Shown here in pieces: positions 55,522 through 63,777 of a DNA stretch of 64,000 nucleotides (positions within the stretch are counted from its first letter, which is position 1; every line of letters starts with the position of its first letter). The notes beneath the pieces were generated by a model. It saw nothing but the letters and a program-made list of their open reading frames with translations, made no database searches and was not told the DNA's origin. The position numbers were made by a program, and so were the translations under genes. Source of the stretch: Escherichia phage outra. The stretch is from the sequence record MN850645.1; one strand, given 5' to 3'.

Positions 55522-55533
55522 TTTAACCCCCCC

Positions 55534-57270
55534 TTAGTTTACCAGTTTATTTATATCTGGTAAAAGATTTATTTCACCTAAGAAATCACCTTCACCTTCC
55601 TCTAGCCAACTCTCATATGCTTGTGCATGATTATAGTTACCATCAAAAGAATCTGCAACAAATTTTTCTACAGTTTTTCGAGATGTGCCAGCGCCAAATA
55701 CACCAAGTTTAATACCATTGATCGGTAAAGTGGTACTTGTGGGTACTTTCTCTGTTGCAACACGGTTGATATCTATAATCTCCTGTACGGTTGTGTTCCA
55801 TTGTAAGCATTTAACACAACGGGTATGCGCTACATACAGTAGGTTTCGCTCTGCCTCTTCCAGTCCTACCCATTCACCAGTCTTTTTATCATAGTTGGAA
55901 GGAAAATCATTAGCAACAATAACCTGATCCCACTCCAAACCTTTAGACTTGTGTGCTGTAGTCAGTGTGACTTTTGCTGTAGGAGAATTTCTATGCGTTC
56001 TAAGTGTATGTGCTATAGTGTTTGCCTTACCAGAAACTACGATGTTTAACAAGCGTTTAGCATCTGGATCAGCCTCTGCACACTCAACAAATTCATCCCA
56101 GTCTGCGTAAGGTAATACAGTTTCATGTTTTACTTTCTCAATATCTCCTCTCCGAAGAGCATTAACACTATCTACCATAGAGATAAAATCCCTGGTATCT
56201 ACGTTAATAATAATTTCTTCCCCATCTGCAATACGATCCATTGCCTCCATAAGCAAGGTTAAATTCTTGCGAAAGATGATAGTGTAAGGTTTTGTATAGT
56301 CTACAACATCTGATTTGTAGCTACCTACTACAGTATCAAAACCTTTACCAACCAAAGGATGACGCAAAGGTTCTTTATCGCTTAAAATCATATTGGCAAT
56401 GTTTGCCACTTTGGGGCCAAAACGGAAGCAAGCAGTTAATGGAAGCTCTGCCCCATATGTAGAGGTTTCCTTCATCATATTTTGGCTTCCACGGAACTGG
56501 TAGATGCTCTGATATTCGTCACCCACCACTACTACTTGTTTTGCAGATTTAGCATTTCGCAGAATAGACAAGAATGCAGGGTTAACATCCTGGAATTCAT
56601 CACCAAAAATAATATCATAACCAAGATCAGCACCAGATAATTCAAACAATTTTACATAGGTGTCATGCGTCATCAAAGTATCTGTGTTAGGATCGATGCG
56701 CTCTCGCCACAATTGTTTTGCATACTTAACTACTTCTGTAATTAGTTTGTGTTCGTTAATACCTTTTCTTTTAATATCTGCAAGATGTACACTAGGAAAA
56801 TGTTTACGGCTGATAAAAGGATCATCCGAAAATTCAAACTTACCTACGGTTTGCTTGATCATTAAACCGATCATAGCACGAGTTAAAAGTGTTTTCCCTC
56901 GTTTATCAATAAGATTATTAATCTTAAATTTCTTTGCTATCTCACTACCTGTACCTGCAACGTTAACATACTGTCCTTCTGGTCGTGACAGTTTTGCACG
57001 TAAACGATGATCCAGGAATTGATAGCAAATAGAATGCAATGTACGGCATTCTACATTTAGTGGCATCTTACGTCGTGCTTCTTCTGCCATGCTTTTATTG
57101 AAAGCTAAGTAAAGAATGCGATCTTCTGTACTGTTAGCCAGCAAATAAAGTGTTGACGTTTTGCCTGATCCAGATTTAGCTTGGATAGTTAAAAAGCGAT
57201 GGTCTGGAAAAGCCTCCTTAATAGCTGTCTGCTCTTCTGTTGGAGTGAAGCTCAACTCTTTCTTAGCCAT
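55534..57270 (-). CDS. superfamily 1 DNA helicase (UvrD/Rep-like)
   Basis: Walker A AKSGSGKT, motif II FGDEFQDV, motif III VVGDEYQSIYQFRG; start revised to the ATG at 57270 (GAGAGG upstream); the track start is 57309. Confidence 0.75.
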   Translation of the reverse strand: MAKKELSFTPTEEQTAIKEAFPDHRFLTIQAKSGSGKTSTLYLLANSTEDRILYLAFNKSMAEEARRKMPLNVECRTLHSICYQFLDHRLRAKLSRPEGQYVNVAGTGSEIAKKFKINNLIDKRGKTLLTRAMIGLMIKQTVGKFEFSDDPFISRKHFPSVHLADIKRKGINEHKLITEVVKYAKQLWRERIDPNTDTLMTHDTYVKLFELSGADLGYDIIFGDEFQDVNPAFLSILRNAKSAKQVVVVGDEYQSIYQFRGSQNMMKETSTYGAELPLTACFRFGPKVANIANMILSDKEPLRHPLVGKGFDTVVGSYKSDVVDYTKPYTIIFRKNLTLLMEAMDRIADGEEIIINVDTRDFISMVDSVNALRRGDIEKVKHETVLPYADWDEFVECAEADPDAKRLLNIVVSGKANTIAHTLRTHRNSPTAKVTLTTAHKSKGLEWDQVIVANDFPSNYDKKTGEWVGLEEAERNLLYVAHTRCVKCLQWNTTVQEIIDINRVATEKVPTSTTLPINGIKLGVFGAGTSRKTVEKFVADSFDGNYNHAQAYESWLEEGEGDFLGEINLLPDINKLVN

Positions 57271-57271
57271 T

Positions 57272-57748
57272 TCAACCTCTCTTAATTTGTTTAACAAGCA
57301 TAGGAACAAAATCTCGTTTTAAAATTTGTTCAATAATGTGATCAGGTAGCTGTTGGAAATTATAATTAAATGCTACTGTCTCACCTTTAGGTGTTTCTAC
57401 CCGCACATATAACATGTTACGAAGTTTATCCACTTGTGCTGTATATTCTAAACCATGTAATTGATGCATTGCAAACATCAAATCATCAGTTTCAGTTTGG
57501 AATCTATCATTTGCTTGCATCAAGGACAAGGTAAAAGGTAGATTTTCCCTAAGAGCCACCTTCTTAGGAACTAGTGAAGGAAAATACTCACCAATAACTT
57601 CCTGTGTAAGCTGGATACACTCTTTTTCAAGTTGGTTTTGTTCCTTGAGTTCACAAACACTTTTTTGTAAAGTGTTAACCTCTTTTTGCAAAGCTGCTAG
57701 TTGAGCACTTAACTTTCTTTTTTGATTACGACCAAAACGTTTAGACAT
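57272..57748 (-). CDS. hypothetical protein (basic N-terminus, coiled coil)
   Basis: 158 aa; AGGGGGGAA RBS. Confidence 0.4.
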   Translation of the reverse strand: MSKRFGRNQKRKLSAQLAALQKEVNTLQKSVCELKEQNQLEKECIQLTQEVIGEYFPSLVPKKVALRENLPFTLSLMQANDRFQTETDDLMFAMHQLHGLEYTAQVDKLRNMLYVRVETPKGETVAFNYNFQQLPDHIIEQILKRDFVPMLVKQIKRG

Positions 57749-57757
57749 ATTTCCCCC

Positions 57758-58273
57758 CTAGTAAAACCCTTTAACAATCTGTATTAACTCGGCACAACGG
57801 TTGACCAACTTTTCCTCATACAATACACGTTGTGGCATATGTTGTATAATATACTCCATTTGCTCATGCCATGTCCACTTCTCTTTTTTGTCTGGGATAA
57901 CATCACTAGCACGAGAATTATCTTTTAATGTTTGTATAATCCAATTGCTTGGAAAGTGCTCTCCACCTTTCTTAAATGGTTTATAGTGGCCTAGAGTAAA
58001 TTGAGAATCCCCTGTTAGAGCACCCAATTTATTTAGATGGATAATCAAACTACGAAACACGTAGTATTCATAGATGTTATCCACCGTATAGCAAGCATAA
58101 TATTTCAAGATGCCCTTATCTCGCGGATACTTACCAACATCCAGATTGCACCAGTTAACATTTTCTGGATCATAGTGGTGTTCCTTAAGCCATATTTCTC
58201 TTTCATCAAAGTCTGGATATATTACCGCCCTGCTTACAGAGTCAACAAGTGGAGATTGAGCATCAAAAAACAT
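57758..58273 (-). CDS. hypothetical protein
   Basis: 171 aa; AAGGAAA 6 nt upstream. Confidence 0.4.
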   Translation of the reverse strand: MFFDAQSPLVDSVSRAVIYPDFDEREIWLKEHHYDPENVNWCNLDVGKYPRDKGILKYYACYTVDNIYEYYVFRSLIIHLNKLGALTGDSQFTLGHYKPFKKGGEHFPSNWIIQTLKDNSRASDVIPDKKEKWTWHEQMEYIIQHMPQRVLYEEKLVNRCAELIQIVKGFY

Positions 58274-58294
58274 TATATTTTCCTTATTGGTTTG

Positions 58295-58657
58295 TTAAAC
58301 GTTTTCTAAATCTTTTAAGGCATTACCCAACGTTAGAACAATAACATCGTTTGCTGCCTCTTCCCCATTGATATTGGTGAAATTTGGTGTGACAAAAGTA
58401 ACCATATAAAACTCGTCCACCTGGAAGACAGCAATAACACCATCCATCTTAACATCTTGACGAAAGGAAAAACCAATCATCTTCTCTTGCAAAGGCATAT
58501 CCCCTTCCTTCATTACCGCCAGGGAGTTTTCAGGAATGTTATATTTATCTGATCCGATGTAGATGTACGTAATGTTATCTTTATCGTGATGATACAGGGT
58601 TGCTTTTTCCATATCTAAACCTGACAGATCAAATACGTTAATTTCTTGTGTAGTCTT
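58295..58657 (-). CDS. hypothetical protein (start revised)
   Basis: The ATG at 58657 has GGGAGGA 4-5 nt upstream; the longer track ORF (to 58735) would overlap the upstream gene by about 100 nt. Confidence 0.4.
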   Translation of the reverse strand, partial: KTTQEINVFDLSGLDMEKATLYHHDKDNITYIYIGSDKYNIPENSLAVMKEGDMPLQEKMIGFSFRQDVKMDGVIAVFQVDEFYMVTFVTPNFTNINGEEAANDVIVLTLGNALKDLENV

Positions 58658-59048
58658 CATAAATATCCTCCCAAATCCAATAATCATCTGTGTAAGTAGG
58701 ATGCCTTTTATCCCACTCTGCTCTAGCCCAAGCAACCGCTGCTACCAACACATCACCATGACAAGGTTGAGGTGCGCAGAAGCAAACTAAGTCTTTCCCT
58801 TCTAATTCTAACAAATCCTCAAGAGTGATTTTACCACAACGAATTTGTTCCCACAACCACTCTTTATATCTTTGTATAGTTGACCCTCGTGGTTCATCAT
58901 CCTTTAACTTAAAAGGATTTGCAAACTTTGAGGCTTTTAACCCCATATGAGGCATAGCTCTGCCAATGTAAACTGCACCTTCAGGTATTACTTTACCTAA
59001 GTGGTAAAAATTTAATACTTTCATATTAACCCAAACACATCTGTGCAA
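58638..59048 (-). CDS. DUF4326-like protein
   Basis: Conserved block GKDLVCFCAPQPCHGDVL; the track start is a TTG at 59048, and an ATG at 59024 directly after the upstream stop is an alternative. Confidence 0.45.
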   Translation of the reverse strand: MHRCVWVNMKVLNFYHLGKVIPEGAVYIGRAMPHMGLKASKFANPFKLKDDEPRGSTIQRYKEWLWEQIRCGKITLEDLLELEGKDLVCFCAPQPCHGDVLVAAVAWARAEWDKRHPTYTDDYWIWEDIYEDYTRN

Positions 59049-59376
59049 TCAAGCCCTGTATAAATTTATTAGCTTCTTTACTGTCGTAGTCAGTCTCTTC
59101 TGGATATCCATCTTCATCGTACACAACTGTACCTTCAATATACCCTGCCTCAATTAAGGCGCGGATCATATCAAATTGCCAGCATGAGTTACCAAATGGA
59201 CGTTTACCATTAAAACACTCTTCTTCTCTCCATAACGTAGAGAGTAGTTGTCGGAAATATTCCCGTACAGTGACAGTACCAAGATCTGAATCCTCAAACA
59301 TAACATCCAGGGCATCAGGATTGCTTTTCTCTACGTAAGGAATATATTTAACACCATTAATAGTTACATCAAGCAT
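59026..59376 (-). CDS. hypothetical protein
   Basis: 116 aa ORF, start adjacent to the upstream stop. Confidence 0.4.
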   Translation of the reverse strand: MLDVTINGVKYIPYVEKSNPDALDVMFEDSDLGTVTVREYFRQLLSTLWREEECFNGKRPFGNSCWQFDMIRALIEAGYIEGTVVYDEDGYPEETDYDSKEANKFIQGLIAQMCLG

Positions 59377-59739
59377 TTATTTCTCCTTATCATCATATTC
59401 TAGGAACATATCTGCACGATATGCTTTACGCTCTTCAAACTTAGCAGGATCTACAACAATAAGCAATACAAGGTTAACATCTAAATACTTTTTAACAAAT
59501 AGAAATAAATCTTTTCCACAGTTAAAACCTACACCAGTATAGGCATCCCCATATTGATCTACTGATTTAATCTTCTTACTAACCGTACATTCTATGCTAT
59601 TCTTTTCTTCTTGGTATAAGGCTTTCCCACCCCAATATGTAAAGAATTTAGTACCGTCAGCACCAAGTTTAAAACCTTCTGTTGCATGTCCAGCAAATGA
59701 AAGTAAACATAACCAAGTAATCATCAGGTACTTTAGCAT
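59377..59739 (-). CDS. secreted protein with signal peptide (start revised)
   Basis: The ATG at 59739 lies 1 nt after the upstream stop; N-terminus MLKYLMITWLCLLSFAGHA looks like a cleavable signal peptide. Confidence 0.4.
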   Translation of the reverse strand: MLKYLMITWLCLLSFAGHATEGFKLGADGTKFFTYWGGKALYQEEKNSIECTVSKKIKSVDQYGDAYTGVGFNCGKDLFLFVKKYLDVNLVLLIVVDPAKFEERKAYRADMFLEYDDKEK

Positions 59740-59740
59740 T

Positions 59741-60223
59741 TTAACCACCCAATTGCAAATGTTTAGAAAGAACAATATCCCACTGATCACCACAACCATT
59801 ATCTATGCGGAACATAATGTACGTATCATCTTCTTCTACGACATATAATACCTCATAGGAATTACAACAGCCTTCCCAATTTTTAACAGCCTCTGGTGTA
59901 TGATGTGTAAGGATTTCATTACCATCATATGACCAAAACAAAGGGGTAAGGTTTTCGAAGGTCAGTGAAGTAGGGTTTACTTCATCTTTAACTGCTTCCT
60001 CATATTCTTTATGCGTTTGTACTGCTTTAGTTAGTGTACTCATGTCTATCTCCTTTTCTCCTTCTTGACTATGGAGGATAGCGAACTCTCTAAACTCCAC
60101 CTCACGCCATGTTTTCAGGTAGTGCTTTATAATTTGATCAACATCTACCTGTTCAACGTTACTTTTCAAGCAATAGTAGTCATGGTCTTCACCCATTCTA
60201 CCCCATATGCTATACATTGTCAT
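59741..60223 (-). CDS. hypothetical protein
   Basis: 160 aa; GAAGGA 8 nt upstream. Confidence 0.4.
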   Translation of the reverse strand: MTMYSIWGRMGEDHDYYCLKSNVEQVDVDQIIKHYLKTWREVEFREFAILHSQEGEKEIDMSTLTKAVQTHKEYEEAVKDEVNPTSLTFENLTPLFWSYDGNEILTHHTPEAVKNWEGCCNSYEVLYVVEEDDTYIMFRIDNGCGDQWDIVLSKHLQLGG

Positions 60224-60491
60224 CTGATTGATCCTTCACATTGTTCTTGGCATACACAGGAATAACATCATGGTGATCTTTATTACTTTCGTCTGTTAAA
60301 GCCCAAAACAACTTACCTGCCGGATGTTTAAAGATGTAAGCAATAGGTTCCTCTTCCTGTGCTTCTTTGCTACGGATGCCATCCCGCCAGGCAAGCCAAG
60401 TGTAGATCATCATCTCTTGACGTTCTTCTTCATTAGGCCACAGATGGGGTAGAAAGTTTTTATCAAACCATTGCTTAAACTCTTCAGTCAT
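60210..60491 (-). CDS. hypothetical protein
   Basis: 93 aa; AAGGAG 7 nt upstream. Confidence 0.4.
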   Translation of the reverse strand: MTEEFKQWFDKNFLPHLWPNEEERQEMMIYTWLAWRDGIRSKEAQEEEPIAYIFKHPAGKLFWALTDESNKDHHDVIPVYAKNNVKDQSDDNV

Positions 60492-60501
60492 AATCTACTC
60501 C

Positions 60502-60666
60502 TTAGCGTACAAAGTTAACTTCTGCTTCTTTCAGCTTTGACACTTCTACATAACCACCATGATCATCTTTAATCCATTCTTTTCCTTTTCGGATGATAAC
60601 AGGGTAGGTAGAGTGAGTAAGTTTAGGTACAGATCTTTTTGTTTTAGTGATAGAAATGTTTTGCAT
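60502..60666 (-). CDS. small basic protein (54 aa), not in the ORF track
   Basis: ATG at 60666 with AAGGAGA 6 nt upstream; TAA at 60504-60502; Lys-rich; fills an otherwise 235 nt gap. Confidence 0.35.
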   Translation of the reverse strand: MQNISITKTKRSVPKLTHSTYPVIIRKGKEWIKDDHGGYVEVSKLKEAEVNFVR

Positions 60667-60694
60667 AGTAGTCTCCTTAGTAAATTTTACATAG

Positions 60695-60723
60695 AATCTA
60701 GATTATTTAGTAGGTAGAGTCAA
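60695..60723 (-). promoter_or_regulatory. candidate sigma70-like promoter (TTGACT-17 nt-TAGATT)
   Basis: -35 at 60723-60718 and -10 at 60700-60695 on the minus strand, upstream of the small ORF at 60502-60666. Confidence 0.35.
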
Positions 60724-60726
60724 TAA

Positions 60727-60993
60727 CTAATTACTGTTAGATCTGTACTCTGTCTTCCATTCACAATGGTAAACTTCAACAGGTTCTAACTTCCAGTGTT
60801 CAGGAACTAGTTCAGGACAATATCTACAAAAGAGAAATAGATAGATAACTAAGACAGGTATTAAATAGTAAAATGGTATACGATCATAACCATACTTACG
60901 AGATAACATGTAGACATATAGATAGGGTATAACAATTAATCCTATAACTATAAGTAAGAAGAGAAGTATAAACCTTAGTGTAGTAACATCCAT
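60727..60993 (-). CDS. small membrane protein (two TM helices)
   Basis: 88 aa; AGGAGA 5 nt upstream; hydrophobic LRFILLFLLIVIGLIVIPYLYVYM and LIPVLVIYLFLF. Confidence 0.45.
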   Translation of the reverse strand: MDVTTLRFILLFLLIVIGLIVIPYLYVYMLSRKYGYDRIPFYYLIPVLVIYLFLFCRYCPELVPEHWKLEPVEVYHCEWKTEYRSNSN

Positions 60994-61070
60994 AGTATTC
61001 TCCTATACAGTAATATACTCTGTTCCTGCCCCTCCATGAGTGACAGGAACAATATCTATAGAGAATACTA
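60994..61070 (-). promoter_or_regulatory. nested RNA secondary structure enclosing the RBS of the downstream membrane-protein gene
   Basis: 9 nt inverted repeat AGTATTCTC (60994-61002) / GAGAATACT (61062-61070) enclosing a 7 bp hairpin GTTCCTG...CAGGAAC (61011-61039); on the mRNA the 3' arm contains the Shine-Dalgarno region. Confidence 0.35.
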
Positions 61071-61157
61071 ACTCGCTTCGCTCGTCACCTTTCAGGTTTA
61101 GGGTAGCATGTTTTTCTGAAAAAGTCAATACTCTCCACAAAACTTTACAAAATACTT

Positions 61158-61430
61158 TTACATAGGTACAACAGAGTCTGTTTTGAAGTCGTACATATGA
61201 TTTACACCTGTGATTTTTGACATAGAGATTGCACGTTTAGCACCTGCAATTACCTGGTCTGTCTTCTTAATCTCTTCACGGAACTTACGTACAGTTAAAG
61301 AGAAGAAACGATGATCCATCCATTGACGATTCACACGATCACGCTTGAAGTGACGGAAATCTTCAATCTGCTTATTGCGCAATCGGCGCAGTACATGCAA
61401 TAGTTGATAGTAAGGGTGTTTATTTTTCAT
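61158..61430 (-). CDS. hypothetical basic protein (possible nucleic-acid binding)
   Basis: 90 aa, Arg/Lys-rich; GGAGAA 6 nt upstream. Confidence 0.4.
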   Translation of the reverse strand: MKNKHPYYQLLHVLRRLRNKQIEDFRHFKRDRVNRQWMDHRFFSLTVRKFREEIKKTDQVIAGAKRAISMSKITGVNHMYDFKTDSVVPM

Positions 61431-61433
61431 AAA

Positions 61434-61862
61434 TTATTCTCCAAATCGAAAATCGTCAATATCATCAAACCATACACAATGGCGAGTCCTTTCTTTTTCT
61501 GTTGCAGACATTGTTTCAACAGCTTTAGGACTAAGCACAACAGGAGTGTAACGAATAGGTCGTTCATAATAGTAGCCATACTTTTCTGTATTAGCTGCCT
61601 CAAAGACTTTACGGCGTTCTTCAAGATCTTCTATGGTGAATCCTACCATATAGCCATCATATTTGCTACCCCATCCTTCCTCGCTTTCAACAATCGGGAT
61701 ATAAAAGCCGTTACGCGTCCCTAACGCTGGTTTTTCTTGAGCCTGAAGGCAAGCCTCCCATCCTGCTTTAAAGACGTTATAGAGCGATTTACGCACGTTA
61801 TGAGTGCCGCTTTCGCTTGCTGGATAGAGTTCATTAAATTTATCTTGGATTTGTTGTGTCAT
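61434..61862 (-). CDS. hypothetical protein
   Basis: 142 aa; AAGGGG 6 nt upstream; start overlaps the stop of the upstream small ORF (ATGA). Confidence 0.4.
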   Translation of the reverse strand: MTQQIQDKFNELYPASESGTHNVRKSLYNVFKAGWEACLQAQEKPALGTRNGFYIPIVESEEGWGSKYDGYMVGFTIEDLEERRKVFEAANTEKYGYYYERPIRYTPVVLSPKAVETMSATEKERTRHCVWFDDIDDFRFGE

Positions 61863-62005
61863 ACTCGCCCCTTAGTGATTATTTGACCAGCTAAACAAAT
61901 AGCTTGTAGTACAATAAAGAAGTAGCCTAATTTTACACTACCCAATACCCAGAATGCAATGTTTGCAAACAAACAAAAAGCAATATTAAGTCTAAAGAAT
62001 AACAT
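61859..62005 (-). CDS. small hydrophobic membrane protein (48 aa), not in the ORF track
   Basis: ATG at 62005 after AAGGGG and right after the upstream stop; translation MLFFRLNIAFCLFANIAFWVLGSVKLGYFFIVLQAICLAGQIITKGRV; its stop overlaps the next ATG (ATGA). Confidence 0.45.
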   Translation of the reverse strand: MLFFRLNIAFCLFANIAFWVLGSVKLGYFFIVLQAICLAGQIITKGRV

Positions 62006-62206
62006 TTAATCCCCTTCATATTTAGGTAAAGGCATATATGCCACAATAGGAGGGTAATCAAAGTGAAAATGATGGTTCACCACAATAATCTTACCAGACA
62101 TACTTTTATGCACTTCACAATACCCTTTTTCACCATCTTCCATTACCACCACATACTCACCTAGTGGGATATCGTATGGATCTTCTACTTTTACCCATTC
62201 TGTCAT
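62006..62206 (-). CDS. hypothetical small protein
   Basis: 66 aa; 4 nt overlap (ATGA) with the upstream gene. Confidence 0.4.
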   Translation of the reverse strand: MTEWVKVEDPYDIPLGEYVVVMEDGEKGYCEVHKSMSGKIIVVNHHFHFDYPPIVAYMPLPKYEGD

Positions 62207-62472
62207 TTTGGAAATACCTCTTGTCCATCTTCATGCATTTGTAGTAAAGTTTCACAGATTTCATACACATCTTGGTATGTTACAACTGAGAGATCAGATT
62301 CTTGATCTTCGACAAGCATAGCACAAAGAGCTTTAATGTCAATACCTTTACAATGTTCCGTAGCTACACGGTACATTTCACCATCCTCCCAAACAATTGG
62401 TTGCGGGAGCAAAACATCTGTACCATCTTCACAAGTTACAATGTAGTCTGCAATATTATCACGAATTTTCAT
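62203..62472 (-). CDS. hypothetical small acidic protein
   Basis: 89 aa; 4 nt overlaps with both neighbours. Confidence 0.4.
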   Translation of the reverse strand: MKIRDNIADYIVTCEDGTDVLLPQPIVWEDGEMYRVATEHCKGIDIKALCAMLVEDQESDLSVVTYQDVYEICETLLQMHEDGQEVFPK

Positions 62473-62726
62473 TGTACTACCCCCTTAAATCCAGATGTAC
62501 TGCCAGTTTTAACTTTTGCTTTAAGAGGTTCCAACTCTACCATAGGTGTTGCTACTTGTATAGGATTTTCCTCAACCTCATAAATATAATATTCATAATA
62601 AGCATACTTACCAATAGAGTGCAGATACTTAATTGCATGTTCAGGTGAATCTGCTTCAACATACCCCAAATCTTTTGTAGTGCGGCCTTCACAGTCGCCT
62701 TCTGTAGTTACGTGATAAAGTGTCAT
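62469..62726 (-). CDS. hypothetical small protein
   Basis: 85 aa; 4 nt overlaps with both neighbours. Confidence 0.4.
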   Translation of the reverse strand: MTLYHVTTEGDCEGRTTKDLGYVEADSPEHAIKYLHSIGKYAYYEYYIYEVEENPIQVATPMVELEPLKAKVKTGSTSGFKGVVQ

Positions 62727-63046
62727 AAAACCTCCTTCTTGTTGGCTGCTTCAATCATAGCGTTAAGAGTCTCCATACCACTGTCAACTGCTTGAGCAAT
62801 CTCTTGGAACACCGTTTTCTTAAAGATGTATAAAGATCCTGCCTGTAAGCGTTGCACACAGCATAAGATGGTTTGGTGATCCATAACAAAATCACCATAA
62901 GCACAATCAATTTTCCCTGTGATTGGGTTGTCTCGTGAGCGAGGATCGTATTCTAATGTGATATGCGTTACACCAGGTAAAGTAACAAACTGACAACGGA
63001 TATTGACACGTGGTGCAATTGACACGCTAAACAGACTGTTTGACAT
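62723..63046 (-). CDS. hypothetical protein
   Basis: 107 aa; GAGGAGG 5 nt upstream; ATG directly after the stop of the small ORF at 63047-63193. Confidence 0.4.
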   Translation of the reverse strand: MSNSLFSVSIAPRVNIRCQFVTLPGVTHITLEYDPRSRDNPITGKIDCAYGDFVMDHQTILCCVQRLQAGSLYIFKKTVFQEIAQAVDSGMETLNAMIEAANKKEVL

Positions 63047-63193
63047 TTAAACCTCCTCATAGTAAGGTAAAGCCTTGATCAGTTGTTCTGAAGTGCCATT
63101 TTGCACCCACGTAACACCATTGTCAACAGAAACATACCCTTTTTTGTCAATAAATTTACGCAGACAGCCAGTGAACTTATTTTTGTAGATCAT
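63047..63193 (-). CDS. small ORF (48 aa), not in the ORF track
   Basis: ATG at 63193 overlaps the upstream TGA (ATGA); TAA at 63049-63047 abuts the next ATG; AAGGA about 9 nt upstream. Confidence 0.35.
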   Translation of the reverse strand: MIYKNKFTGCLRKFIDKKGYVSVDNGVTWVQNGTSEQLIKALPYYEEV

Positions 63194-63357
63194 TTCTTCT
63201 TTCCTTTTTGATTACACCCCCCATCACTCCCTTGCCAAACTTCCGATCTGAATTCCATCTCAAACCACTCACCACCGCAAAAACGGTTATGTTCAACACG
63301 TCTATCTTCCTTCATTGCTTCTTTAGCTTCGATAGAAGTTAGTTCGATGTTTTGCAT
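63190..63357 (-). CDS. small protein (55 aa); first gene of the leftward small-gene operon
   Basis: The ATG at 63357 has AGGAGA 8 nt upstream and lies just downstream of a TTGACA-type promoter; the 113 aa track ORF to 63531 would run into the divergent + gene. Confidence 0.35.
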   Translation of the reverse strand: MQNIELTSIEAKEAMKEDRRVEHNRFCGGEWFEMEFRSEVWQGSDGGCNQKGKKK

Positions 63358-63388
63358 TTGTTTTTCTCCTTTCATTTGGTATGCGCTA

Positions 63389-63416
63389 ATCTTAACAAAA
63401 TAAAAATGTATGTCAA
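63389..63416 (-). promoter_or_regulatory. sigma70-like promoter for the leftward operon (TTGACA-16 nt-TAAGAT)
   Basis: Perfect -35 TTGACA (63416-63411) and -10 TAAGAT (63394-63389) on the minus strand, about 30 nt upstream of the ATG at 63357. Confidence 0.5.
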
Positions 63417-63475
63417 TACTTGATTTGAAATTAGTTTCTGGTACTCTGTGGGTATCGTAACAAAAGAGGTTAGAT

Positions 63476-63766
63476 ATGAACATCACACTAGCAACTAAGA
63501 ATATTACAGAAACTTTTGATGGTTTTGGCATTATTATTGCTGTTCATGGGCATAACGAAAAATGGTTAGCCTCTTTTGAAGAGGACAAAGAACGCAATGT
63601 ACGTTTGAATGCACCAATCAAAGTTTTACACCAGGTAGGTGAGAATAAGAAACAATGGAGATCATACAAAGAGTGGAACATTACGAACGAGTTAATACAC
63701 AAACTTGACAAAGTGATAAACATGTTCGACAATGCACCAAGCAGTGCAAAACGTGTTTTACTATAA
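63476..63766 (+). CDS. hypothetical protein (first rightward gene after the divergent region)
   Basis: 96 aa; AAAGAGG 7 nt upstream of the ATG. Confidence 0.45.
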   Translation: MNITLATKNITETFDGFGIIIAVHGHNEKWLASFEEDKERNVRLNAPIKVLHQVGENKKQWRSYKEWNITNELIHKLDKVINMFDNAPSSAKRVLL

Positions 63767-63777
63767 AGGAGAGTGAT

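Noticed and set aside
63190-63531. Full-length 113 aa minus-strand ORF from the track
   Set aside because: Its start lies inside the divergent plus-strand gene at 63476-63766 and upstream of the minus-strand promoter; an internal ATG at 63357 with an AGGAGA RBS gives a more plausible 55 aa gene.
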